Counted from the stretch's first letter, positions 9,448-18,427 are shown. The stretch: DNA of 31,441 nt from Patescibacteria group bacterium (GCA_038063025.1 JBBTWA010000048.1:1-31441); one strand, 5' to 3'. Notes: generated from the sequence alone by a model not told the origin. A program made the numbers and translations.

Positions 9448-10317
9448 ATGATCATCACAAAACTCATCGGAGGACTTGGAAATCAGATGTTCCAGTACGC
9501 AGTCGCACGGCATTTAGCACTCAAAAATAATGTCGAATTGAAATTGGACAAAACTGGATTCGAAACATACAAACTGCACGCATACGGTCTTCATCATTTG
9601 AACATCGAGGAGGTATTCGCGACACAAAAAGAAGTAGCTGCATTCCGTATATACAAGAAGAGGGAGGGAAAGATGTGGTTCTTATACAATCGACTGATCG
9701 CAGATCCGACGCGCTATGTTTCTGAACGATCTTTCAATTTCGATCCTTCTATTTTAAAACTATCCGCCCCAGTCTATCTTGATGGCTTTTGGCAGAGTGA
9801 GCGGTATTTCAAGGGAATAGAATCTATCATTCGCGACGAATTTACTATCAAGGAACTGCTCGTCGGGAAGAATAGAAAAATGACAGACGCAATCTCGAAC
9901 TCTACCGCTGTAAGCATGCATATTCGTCGTGCTGACTACGTCACCAATCCTACCGTGAATGCATGGCATGGTACCTGCGATTCTGAGTATTATGCACGAG
10001 CAGTTTCAACAATTGTGCAGACCATCGCTGACCCGCATTTTTTCATTTTTTCAGACGATATGGAGTGGGCAAGGCAAAACATCATTCTCGATCATCCCGT
10101 AACCTATGTTGATCATAATGACGCCCGCACCAACTATGAAGACCTGCGTCTCATGAGCCGATGCAAGCACAACATCATCGCCAATAGCTCTTTCTCCTGG
10201 TGGGGTGGTTGGCTGAACAATAATCCTGGCAAAATAGTGATAAGCCCAAAAAACTGGTTCAAAACGCCAAAAATGGATGTGCGCGACTTAGTACCTGATA
10301 CTTGGGTTAAACTATAA
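9448..10317 (+). CDS. GT11 alpha-1,2-fucosyltransferase/colitosyltransferase-family protein
   Basis: GGLGNQMFQYA, LDGFWQSERYF, HIRRADY, FFIFSDD, HNIIANSSFSWWGGWL. Confidence 0.95.
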   Translation: MIITKLIGGLGNQMFQYAVARHLALKNNVELKLDKTGFETYKLHAYGLHHLNIEEVFATQKEVAAFRIYKKREGKMWFLYNRLIADPTRYVSERSFNFDPSILKLSAPVYLDGFWQSERYFKGIESIIRDEFTIKELLVGKNRKMTDAISNSTAVSMHIRRADYVTNPTVNAWHGTCDSEYYARAVSTIVQTIADPHFFIFSDDMEWARQNIILDHPVTYVDHNDARTNYEDLRLMSRCKHNIIANSSFSWWGGWLNNNPGKIVISPKNWFKTPKMDVRDLVPDTWVKL

Positions 10318-10320
10318 TAT

Positions 10321-12075
10321 ATGTGCGGAATCCTCGCTGTCACTGGAACCAACAAAGATACGAAACGCGCTGATGCGATGTTGCAGACGCTTGCTCGACG
10401 TGGGCCAGACGATCAGGGTATTCTTTCGTTCCGTTCCTGCGTACTTGGGCAAACTCGTCTCTCGATTATCGATATTGCGGGCGGACATCAACCGATGCGT
10501 GACAGCAAGCATAACATAGCCATCACTTTTAACGGTGAGATATACAACTATAAAGAATTAAAAAAAGAATTGGAGAATAAAGGATACATTTTCTCTACCA
10601 ATTCAGATACTGAAGTAATCCTAAAGGCCTATCAGGAATATGGTGTTGACTGTCCGAAGCACTTGGATGGCATGTTCGCTTTCGCTCTCTGGGACGACGA
10701 GAGGCAATCGCTCTTTATGGCGCGCGACCGTTTTGGAAAGAAACCGCTATATTATGCTTATGACCCCGAGGGAAATCTGCTGGTCGCTTCCGAAATAAAA
10801 GCCCTCTTCGCCTCGGGACGGATAACGGGAGAGCTCGACCATGGAGCGCTGGATAACTACCTGGCGCTTATGTATGTCCCGCCGACGAGGACCATTTATA
10901 AGAATGTCTTTACCCTGCTTCCGGCGGAGTGTGCGGTATACAAGGGCGACACGCTTACAAAAAGCAAATACTGGCAGCTGGAATGTAAACCGCTCCGGAT
11001 ATCGTATACAGATGCGAAAGAAGAGATTCGTCGGCTCTTTACAGATGCGGTCAAGAAACGTCTAGTAGCTGATGTCGAGATCGGCAGCTTCCTCTCCGGC
11101 GGGGTTGATTCGACGCTTGTTACTGCTTACGCTCAGAAATTGACTAATCGGCCACTCAAGACCTTCTCTCTCGGCTATGGCGACTACCGCAACGAGCTCC
11201 CCTTTGCTGAAGAAGCTGTCAAGAAAATCGGAACCGACCACTACACACTCCAAGCAAATGAAGATCTCTTAGGGGCGTTCAAAGCAAGTATCGCATATTT
11301 TGATGAGCCTCACGCCGATTCGTCTGACTTCCCCCAATCACTGCTTTCACAATTTGCCGCTACTAAGGTGAAAGTTGCTCTCTCGGGCGACGGCGCTGAC
11401 GAGCTTTTTATGGGGTATGGCTGGTATCAGAAGCATTGGAACCTTTCGTATCGTAAGCATACATTTGAAAAACTTTTTTTGAATCCTTTCGAGGGATACA
11501 TAAAAAACATTTCCATATTCAGCGAGAGCGAAAGAAAGACATTGTGGGGTAACAGTAAAAACTACATGGAGACATTCGTACCTTCGAGCATTGCCAACAG
11601 TAAACTCGACCCTATCGAGAAGATAAATCTCTTCGACCTCACCACCTATCTCCCCGGTCAACTGCTCAGCAAAGTCGACATGATGGGCATGATGCACGGC
11701 CTCGAAGTGCGCTCCCCCTTCCTCGACTACAAACTCGCAGAGTTCGTCTACAATCTGCCTATGGGATTCAAGATGAACAAAGGCGAGAACAAAATAATTC
11801 TGAAAGATATTTTGTCAGAAATCATGCCTCAAGAATTCGTCTATCGCCGCAAACAGGGCTTCGGCGCACCGGTAAAAGAATGGCTCAAGACGCCTCAATT
11901 AGAAAATATCATCAAGGAGAAGCTCGGGTCTGGCGCACACATATATGGTTATCTCGAAGAAACTGTCGTGCGAGAAATCGTCAGCTCGTTCTATGGCAAG
12001 AAAGACGAGGAGGTATTTTATAAAATATGGGCGATCCTCTGCCTTGAGCTGTGGATGGAATCCCATAACGTATGA
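10321..12075 (+). CDS. asnB: Asparagine synthase (glutamine-hydrolysing)-family amidotransferase, probably glycan-modifying
   Basis: N-terminal MCGI, RGPD, TFNGEIYNY, SDTEVIL, ARDRFGKKPL, LSGGVDS, SGDGADELF, EVRSPFLD, KQGF. Confidence 0.93.
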   Translation: MCGILAVTGTNKDTKRADAMLQTLARRGPDDQGILSFRSCVLGQTRLSIIDIAGGHQPMRDSKHNIAITFNGEIYNYKELKKELENKGYIFSTNSDTEVILKAYQEYGVDCPKHLDGMFAFALWDDERQSLFMARDRFGKKPLYYAYDPEGNLLVASEIKALFASGRITGELDHGALDNYLALMYVPPTRTIYKNVFTLLPAECAVYKGDTLTKSKYWQLECKPLRISYTDAKEEIRRLFTDAVKKRLVADVEIGSFLSGGVDSTLVTAYAQKLTNRPLKTFSLGYGDYRNELPFAEEAVKKIGTDHYTLQANEDLLGAFKASIAYFDEPHADSSDFPQSLLSQFAATKVKVALSGDGADELFMGYGWYQKHWNLSYRKHTFEKLFLNPFEGYIKNISIFSESERKTLWGNSKNYMETFVPSSIANSKLDPIEKINLFDLTTYLPGQLLSKVDMMGMMHGLEVRSPFLDYKLAEFVYNLPMGFKMNKGENKIILKDILSEIMPQEFVYRRKQGFGAPVKEWLKTPQLENIIKEKLGSGAHIYGYLEETVVREIVSSFYGKKDEEVFYKIWAILCLELWMESHNV

Positions 12076-13250
12076 ACAACGTCTTGCAAAAATATGCGTC
12101 GGCATATCGGAACAAGATTACCAACAAACTCTTCGGTGTAGTTTCTCTGCACACGAAGGAGAAGAAAAAAGGCGCGATGCTCCTCTCCTTCATCACCGGG
12201 CCATTCACGCTTGCACCGGGAGAATTTTATACCGATCCTCATTCGAATTATTGGGTCGCGATTGAAATTGCGCGTCTTTTCACCGGGAGAGGATACGATG
12301 TCGATGTCATCAACTGGAATGACACCCATTTCATTCCAAAAAAGAAATATAACGCCTGCATTGATATGCAGTACAATCTCAAGAGGCTTTCGCCCTACCT
12401 TTGGCCGGATTGCATCAAGATCATGCATATTGTCGCCTCGTATCCCACATTCCAAAATGAAGCGGAACAGAAACGGCTCGATGCACTGAAAGAGCGCAGA
12501 GGAAGGACGGTCTCTCCGCACAGAACCGATCCGGCCACGAGCGATCCTTCAGTTGCGGATTTTATCGAAGGCTACGGAAACAAAACTGTTCGCGGCACCT
12601 ATCCGAATGTTGGGAAAGATATTATTCCTATACCCATACCGACGATGAATATCTACGATTTCCCCGAAAAAAAAGATTTCGCGGCGGCTCGGGAACATTT
12701 CCTCTGGTTCGGTGGTGGAGGAGCTATTCTAAAAGGGCTCGACTTGGTAGTTGAAGTATTTGCTGAACTCCCCCACTTACAACTCTCGATCATCGGGCCC
12801 TCTGCTTATGAAAAAGAGTTTGAAGAAATATATGCCAAAGAGCTACAGCTACCGAACATTACTCGCTACGGCCGCCCCCATATAAACGAGAGAGGTGAGC
12901 ACATGGTCGGCAACAGAGATATCCGAGAGGTCTATGATCAATGCGGCTCGATTATCTTTCTCTCGGCTTCAGAGGGCGGTGGCGGAGCGACCGTCCAATC
13001 CATGCAGGCAGGGCTATTCCCCATCGTCACGCCGAATACCGGTATTGACGAGAGCGCCCCGAGCATAGTCGTAAAGGATCTGTCGATTGAGAATATCAAG
13101 AAAGTCGTCGAGGATTTTTCGAATCTGCCCCCAGAACAAGTGGGTAAGCTCGCCAGGGGTTCATGGGCGTTTGCTCGAGAGCATCACACCAAAGAAGCGT
13201 TCACTAAAGCGTATGAGGACTTTTTAGATAACGTCGTAAAACTGCCATGA
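12072..13250 (+). CDS. GT4-like (GT-B fold) glycosyltransferase
   Basis: FLWFGGGGAILKGLDLVVEVF and SASEGGGGATVQSMQAGLFPIVT; ATGA overlap with asnB. Confidence 0.8.
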   Translation: MNNVLQKYASAYRNKITNKLFGVVSLHTKEKKKGAMLLSFITGPFTLAPGEFYTDPHSNYWVAIEIARLFTGRGYDVDVINWNDTHFIPKKKYNACIDMQYNLKRLSPYLWPDCIKIMHIVASYPTFQNEAEQKRLDALKERRGRTVSPHRTDPATSDPSVADFIEGYGNKTVRGTYPNVGKDIIPIPIPTMNIYDFPEKKDFAAAREHFLWFGGGGAILKGLDLVVEVFAELPHLQLSIIGPSAYEKEFEEIYAKELQLPNITRYGRPHINERGEHMVGNRDIREVYDQCGSIIFLSASEGGGGATVQSMQAGLFPIVTPNTGIDESAPSIVVKDLSIENIKKVVEDFSNLPPEQVGKLARGSWAFAREHHTKEAFTKAYEDFLDNVVKLP

Positions 13251-14104
13251 CCGAAAAACCGCTCATCTCAGTAATAATACCCGCACACAACAATGAGCAA
13301 ACGATAGCTACAGCCATCGAATCGATGGTCAAACAGACATACACGAATCTGGAAATAATCGTCATTGATGACAACAGCACCGATGATACAAAAAAGGTAG
13401 TACGGAAACTAATCGAGAGATACGAGAATCTATTCTTCTATCCTCTGCCTTTCGACGATCCGAATCGATTCAACAAACGTGGACGCAATATAAATGCCGG
13501 CTACGCCGCACGCAACTATGGGTTTGAAAAGGTGCATGGAGAATGGATCACCTTTCAGGATGCCGATGATGCGTCTTTGCTGAACCGCATTGAAGTTCAA
13601 TATGGACTTGTTACGAGGTACGACGCCATCCATGTGTGCGTAGACTGGCAGAAATTTAATCCTGCCCTGCTCGGAAAGACGCTTGACGCTGATCGAATCC
13701 TCAGAGAACATCCAGATGCGATTATCTGGCCGCAAGACATAACGGCATTAGCAAAAAAGACAAAAGGAGTGCTCATTCCGTTTCTCGGTCCGATCAATGC
13801 ACTGATTCCGTTTGAATGGAAGCGCTTCATGGTAATCAACAAGTTCTTTTTTCGTGCGCTTGACCCCTACCCCGGCACCGGCAACAGCCCGCTCTTCAAG
13901 CGCGAGGTCATCGAGAAAGTGCGATTCAGGAAATTGTCTGACCGCGTCTGGCCCTCCTTTATGGGGCGCGGGGCCGATCGCGACTTCAACTTCCAAGTTG
14001 CCGAGACATACAAGAACAGCATTGTGGTACTGTTGCCACTCTATATGTGGCGAGTCAACATACAGAACCAGTTTTGGGTGGACATCTTCCGCTATCTCGT
14101 CTAG
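13247..14104 (+). CDS. GT2 family glycosyltransferase
   Basis: ISVIIPAHN, IVIDDNSTD, ARNYG, ITFQDADD; ATGA overlap with the upstream gene. Confidence 0.9.
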   Translation: MTEKPLISVIIPAHNNEQTIATAIESMVKQTYTNLEIIVIDDNSTDDTKKVVRKLIERYENLFFYPLPFDDPNRFNKRGRNINAGYAARNYGFEKVHGEWITFQDADDASLLNRIEVQYGLVTRYDAIHVCVDWQKFNPALLGKTLDADRILREHPDAIIWPQDITALAKKTKGVLIPFLGPINALIPFEWKRFMVINKFFFRALDPYPGTGNSPLFKREVIEKVRFRKLSDRVWPSFMGRGADRDFNFQVAETYKNSIVVLLPLYMWRVNIQNQFWVDIFRYLV

Positions 14105-14113
14105 TCTTAAAAA

Positions 14114-15019
14114 ATGAAATTCAGCATTGTCACCCCGGTCTACAATGGCGAAAAGTATATCGCCGAAACGATTGAGAGCATCCTCTCTCAAGAGGGAAAT
14201 TTCGAGGTTGAATACGTCGTTGCCGACGGAGGCTCGGTCGATGGAACCCTCTGCGTCGTCAAAGCCTATGCTGAGAAACTGCGGTCCGGCTCTTTCCCTA
14301 TCAAGTGCGATAATGTGCAGCTGGACTGGTTTTCTGGAAAGGACAACGGCTTGTACGATGCAGTAGAAAAAGGATTCGCCAAAACAGGCGGGAACATTTG
14401 CGCGTGGCTGAATTCGGACGACGTATATATGCCCGGCGCTTTCGCGTCCGTCGCCGCCATCTTTACAACCTATCCCGATATAAACTGGGTAAAAGGTATC
14501 AATAAATCGTGTGACGAGCACGGCACCACTCTTTCGGAAGGAGCATGCCGCCTATATCGGCGTGAATGGCTCCTCAAAGGCGTGTATGGGCGGAGCGCAT
14601 ACTTCGTGGACCAAGAGAGCGTATTTTGGAGACGTTCATTATTGGAGAAAGCACGCCCATCCATCTCATCATTTCGTCTTGCCGGTGATTATGCGCTCTG
14701 GGCCTCATTAGCCCGATTTGCGCCGCTATGGTCTTTCAACAAGCACGTGAGCATATTTCGCAGAAGGCCCGGGCAGCTCAGCACCTCCATGAAAGTCTAC
14801 CGTGAGGAGCAGAGAAGTATCGTTCCGAAAGATTTCTTCCTTGAAAAAAAAGTTGCTCTGTTCTTCTCTTCCGTACGTTTTCTCAGGATGGAACCGAAAA
14901 GCATCCTAGCTCGGACTCTCTTTGCGGTTCTTTTCCCTTTTGAGCGGAAAGAATGGTACATTGACTTCGACACGAGTGGGTTACCGGTGAAAAAGCTGGC
15001 TGTCTCATATGTCGCGTGA
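14114..15019 (+). CDS. GT2 family glycosyltransferase (WcaE/WfgS-like)
   Basis: FSIVTPVYN, VADGGSVDGT, DNGLYDAVEKG, AWLNSDD, QESVFWRR. Confidence 0.9.
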   Translation: MKFSIVTPVYNGEKYIAETIESILSQEGNFEVEYVVADGGSVDGTLCVVKAYAEKLRSGSFPIKCDNVQLDWFSGKDNGLYDAVEKGFAKTGGNICAWLNSDDVYMPGAFASVAAIFTTYPDINWVKGINKSCDEHGTTLSEGACRLYRREWLLKGVYGRSAYFVDQESVFWRRSLLEKARPSISSFRLAGDYALWASLARFAPLWSFNKHVSIFRRRPGQLSTSMKVYREEQRSIVPKDFFLEKKVALFFSSVRFLRMEPKSILARTLFAVLFPFERKEWYIDFDTSGLPVKKLAVSYVA

Positions 15020-15031
15020 CGGCATCGCCTT

Positions 15032-15799
15032 ATGAATGTATCCAAATTCCTGCTGCAAAAGATCCTTCTTAACTGGGAACGCCCGATATATTCTCCGGCG
15101 CTTTTTAAGTTCTGCACGAAGTATCTCGACCTGTGGTATGGTGATAATAATTTCAATCGGAATACCAATGGCGAGTATCGCCTCCTCCGGTCCCTCATAC
15201 CTAAGACAAACGTAGTGTTCGATGTAGGCGCCAATGTCGGAGATTATTCCGGCGAGGTCCTCAAAATAAAACGTTCCGTCTCTATCCATGCGTTCGAACC
15301 GGATATCCACGCTTTTGCAGAACTGCAAAAACTTTGCGTCATAGCGAACAATATCGCTCTCGGCGATAAAATTGAAAGGAGGTTGCTCTACCGCGGGGAT
15401 GAAAAAACGACTCATAACTCGTTCTACAATGTTCACACAAAATCGATAGCGCCGCTGGAGGTATCGACCGCGACGCTTGATGCGTACTGCCGAGGACACG
15501 ATGTCTCCCATATTGATTTCCTAAAGATTGATGTGGAAGGGTTTGAGTTTTTGGTCTTGAGGGGAGCGGAGCATATGCTCAGTCGCGGTGCAATCGATTA
15601 TATTCAGTTCGAATTCTCGGGCGCAACGATCGAATCAAGAACATTCCTAAAAGACTTTCTGGAGCTGTTCAAGAAATACGGCTATGACCTCTACCGCGTC
15701 CGAGCGACATCTGTTGAACCGGTTGTGTATCGCCCGGACACTGAGCGCTTCACCCTCACCAATTACCTGGCGATGAAGAAGGGACTTTCTGTTCCCTAG
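15032..15799 (+). CDS. FkbM-family methyltransferase
   Basis: VFDVGANVGDY, AFEP, TLDAY, IDFLKIDVEGFEFLVLRGA. Confidence 0.92.
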   Translation: MNVSKFLLQKILLNWERPIYSPALFKFCTKYLDLWYGDNNFNRNTNGEYRLLRSLIPKTNVVFDVGANVGDYSGEVLKIKRSVSIHAFEPDIHAFAELQKLCVIANNIALGDKIERRLLYRGDEKTTHNSFYNVHTKSIAPLEVSTATLDAYCRGHDVSHIDFLKIDVEGFEFLVLRGAEHMLSRGAIDYIQFEFSGATIESRTFLKDFLELFKKYGYDLYRVRATSVEPVVYRPDTERFTLTNYLAMKKGLSVP

Positions 15800-15807
15800 C
15801 CTCGTTT

Positions 15808-16740
15808 ATGAAAAAAGCCGTTATTGTACAGGCAACCGGGGGAGAGCTCACAAACCAGCTCTGGAATTATGCGAGCGTATACGCCTACTGCCTCGAGCGA
15901 GGCTACTCCCTCGAGAATCCCTCTTTTTTTGAATATGGGAACTACTTCACCATTCCCGCGCCAAATCTTTTTTTCAAACTGTTCTTATTCCTCCCATTCA
16001 CCGATTACACGAAGCGCAAGCAGTCGTTCAAACGGCGGCTGTGGCGCAGGCTCTATGCATCATATGCGCGTATTCTCATTCTCCGACACAAAGATTCAGT
16101 TCTCGTTTCCGACAACAAAAAGAATCAACCATTTTATCTTTTCCCGACAGAAGAGCGCACAGAGCTATTGAGACTTGAGAAAGTTGCAGGGACGATCCTA
16201 TTCGACGGATGGCTTTTTCGCAATCCCGTCGGTCTCCAAAAATACCGGCGAGAAATACTGCAGTACTTCCAACCGCGGCGGGATATAGAAAATGCGGTGA
16301 AAGCGCGCATACGAAAACTGAGGGGCGAGTTCAAACATCTAGCGGGTGTCCACATTCGCCAAGGCGACTATCTAACATGGCGGGACGGGGTGTATTTTAT
16401 CGCCCAGACGCGCGTGCGAGAGATCCTTGACGAATACCTGCAAACGACCGGCCGTATCGTCTCCGAAACCTGTTTTATCATCACCTCCGACGGGCCGGTT
16501 GACGCTTCCCTATTCGCCGGACTGAATATACGGGTGAGCAAGGAGAATGCTGTCCACGATTTGTTTCTCCTTTCTACGACCGATACCGTTATCGGTGCCA
16601 ACAGCACCTTCGGCGCGTTCGCTTCCTATTTAGGGAACATCCCTCTTATCGTTATGCAAAAAGGACATTTGGATTGGGAATACTACTTAGACAAAAAAAC
16701 GTATTTCGAAAACAAATATTCGACCTTCGTTTATTACTAG
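15808..16740 (+). CDS. Divergent GT11-like (alpha-1,2-fucosyltransferase-like) glycosyltransferase
   Basis: GGELTNQLWNY, FDGWLFRN, VHIRQGDY, IITSD, DLFLLSTTDTVIGANSTFGAFASYL resemble the GT11 motifs in degenerate form. Confidence 0.75.
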   Translation: MKKAVIVQATGGELTNQLWNYASVYAYCLERGYSLENPSFFEYGNYFTIPAPNLFFKLFLFLPFTDYTKRKQSFKRRLWRRLYASYARILILRHKDSVLVSDNKKNQPFYLFPTEERTELLRLEKVAGTILFDGWLFRNPVGLQKYRREILQYFQPRRDIENAVKARIRKLRGEFKHLAGVHIRQGDYLTWRDGVYFIAQTRVREILDEYLQTTGRIVSETCFIITSDGPVDASLFAGLNIRVSKENAVHDLFLLSTTDTVIGANSTFGAFASYLGNIPLIVMQKGHLDWEYYLDKKTYFENKYSTFVYY

Positions 16741-16746
16741 CGAAGA

Positions 16747-17694
16747 TTATTTTGGCGTGATGATTGTGTTTTGCTTCGCCCATTCAATATAGCGGTTGAT
16801 GCCCTCCCAGATAGAGACCTTTGGCGAATGCCCGAGACTTTTTGCAAATGATGTATCAGCTGGGAAACGTGTGGCTTCTCCTGGACGAGCCGGACCGTGC
16901 GTGACCTTCACATTAAACTTGTTAGCTATGTAATTCGCAATATCCTTAACAGAAGTATTCTGACCACTCGCAAAATTAATCACCTTCCCACGCAATTTAT
17001 CATTATTATCCAATACCATACCGTAGGCTCGGACTATATCGCTAATATAGGAATAATCTCTATTTGCGTTGCCATCGCCAAAAATGACCAAGTCTTCGCC
17101 ACGCATCGCTTTAGCGACCATTATTGAAATAAGTGCGCCAAATTGTCCACTCTTTTGTCTTTCTCCAAAAACATTAAAACACCTGACGATAGTGACATTC
17201 AAATCATACGACTTGTAATAAGAATAACTCAATCTATCGGCTCCGGCCTTGGATGCGGCGTAGGGACTATTCGGCTTTAATTCAGCTGTTTCGTTTAAGA
17301 TCCCTCTTTCGCTTAGGTCGTGCCCATCCCCATAAACTTCGCACGTAGAAGCCAATATCATCCGGTTCCGGTGTTTTTTGACCGCTTCTAATACGTTATA
17401 CGTTCCAAAAATATTCGCCTCGATAAAAATCAAAGGGTCTTCAAGGGACTCGTCAACGTTAATGTGGCCAGCTAGATGAAAGACCACGTCGTGTCCACGT
17501 ACGCTCTTATCGACAATCTCTCTGTCGGTCACGCTTCCCCATATAAGATTTAGCTTATCTAAAATATTTTCAAGATTAGCTTTGGAATTTTCTGAATAGG
17601 TGTTCAATACAGAGACGCTATGACCGCTTTGTAAGAGAAATTCAGCCAAATGACTCCCTTGGAATCCACCGCCTCCAGTAATCAAAATTTTCAT
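16747..17694 (-). CDS. NAD-dependent nucleotide-sugar epimerase/dehydratase (extended SDR, RmlB-like)
   Basis: ITGGGGFQGSH, HLAGHINVDES, ASTCEVYG, PNSPYAASK, RCFNVFGERQ, RDYSY. Confidence 0.9.
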   Translation of the reverse strand: MKILITGGGGFQGSHLAEFLLQSGHSVSVLNTYSENSKANLENILDKLNLIWGSVTDREIVDKSVRGHDVVFHLAGHINVDESLEDPLIFIEANIFGTYNVLEAVKKHRNRMILASTCEVYGDGHDLSERGILNETAELKPNSPYAASKAGADRLSYSYYKSYDLNVTIVRCFNVFGERQKSGQFGALISIMVAKAMRGEDLVIFGDGNANRDYSYISDIVRAYGMVLDNNDKLRGKVINFASGQNTSVKDIANYIANKFNVKVTHGPARPGEATRFPADTSFAKSLGHSPKVSIWEGINRYIEWAKQNTIITPK

Positions 17695-17724
17695 AAAAAG
17701 TTAAAATACGCCGATAATTTCGTA

Positions 17725-17733
17725 AGAATACCA
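17725..17733 (-). promoter_or_regulatory. Extended -10 element TGGTATTCT upstream of the SDR gene
   Basis: Matches TGnTAnnnT about 30 nt upstream of the ATG at 17694. Confidence 0.35.
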
Positions 17734-17761
17734 TATAGGGAATAAAAATGAATGCGTGCAC

Positions 17762-17793
17762 AAAAAACCGCCAGCCGTGTTTATGGGCTGGCG
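17762..17793 (-). terminator. Rho-independent terminator of the isochorismatase-family gene
   Basis: 8-bp stem CGCCAGCC/GGCTGGCG (17769-17776, 17786-17793) with a 9-nt loop, followed on the minus strand by G-TTTTTT; 17 nt downstream of the TAA at 17811. Confidence 0.7.
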
Positions 17794-17810
17794 TTAGCGG
17801 GTGGTTGTTT

Positions 17811-18362
17811 TTATTGCTGCGCTATGGCTGTGAATAACATAGCGGAGTTTGGCAACAGAACGCATTTATTCCTGAACCATCGTTCTGTGCCACTGGTATT
17901 ACCTACAACATTGGAGCCGTCAGCGATAAGGTCAGTCGCTGTGATGACTCTGAACTTCTTGCAAATCGCGGTTTGCGCAGTATGGCGGACACAACAGCTC
18001 GCACTGATTCCCATAAACAGCAATGAATCTGCCCTTAGAGAATCCAGAATCCTCTCGAGTTCTGTACGATAGAAACCGTCATATTCGTCTCTCGTTATTA
18101 CCGTGACTCTTGGAACCCTATCGATATACTCTGAACGAAGTTCTTCGATCGTGGTTCCTTGTCCGAGATATTCAAGAACAATGAGAGGAACATCTTTCGC
18201 GACGCAGTAACGTATCACCGATATTTGCGCTTCTATGAGAGTGTTTCTTCTCTCGTTCTCTACCTTATCGACAAACGCTTTCTGCATATCGATGAGCACC
18301 GCAACTGAAAAACCAACATCAATAGACGCTTTCTCGCTGAATAGCCATTCGAATAATCGCAT
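17811..18362 (-). CDS. Isochorismatase-family (cysteine hydrolase) protein
   Basis: LIDMQ, GFYRTELERIL, LLFMGISASCCVRHTA, FRVIT; the ATG at 18362 has TAAGGAGG 5 nt upstream, so it is preferred over 18389. Confidence 0.85.
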   Translation of the reverse strand: MRLFEWLFSEKASIDVGFSVAVLIDMQKAFVDKVENERRNTLIEAQISVIRYCVAKDVPLIVLEYLGQGTTIEELRSEYIDRVPRVTVITRDEYDGFYRTELERILDSLRADSLLFMGISASCCVRHTAQTAICKKFRVITATDLIADGSNVVGNTSGTERWFRNKCVLLPNSAMLFTAIAQQ

Positions 18363-18367
18363 GAGCG

Positions 18368-18427
18368 CCTCCTTAGTGAATAGGAACAACCCACTTACTG
18401 TCTACCATTTTATCTTTATGTTGTCAA
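18368..18427 (-). promoter_or_regulatory. Sigma70-type promoter (TTGACA-17bp-TAGACA, with TG extension) and AGGAGG ribosome-binding site
   Basis: On the minus strand: TTGACA at 18427-18422, 17-bp spacer ending TGG, TAGACA at 18404-18399 (lacks the final conserved T), AGGAGG at 18373-18368. Confidence 0.55.

Noticed and set aside
2163-12674. Homopolymer runs (T8 at 2163-2170, A8 at 12667-12674, several A7/T7) as phase-variation switches
   Set aside because: The runs are short, A/T rather than G/C, and all host ORFs are in frame.
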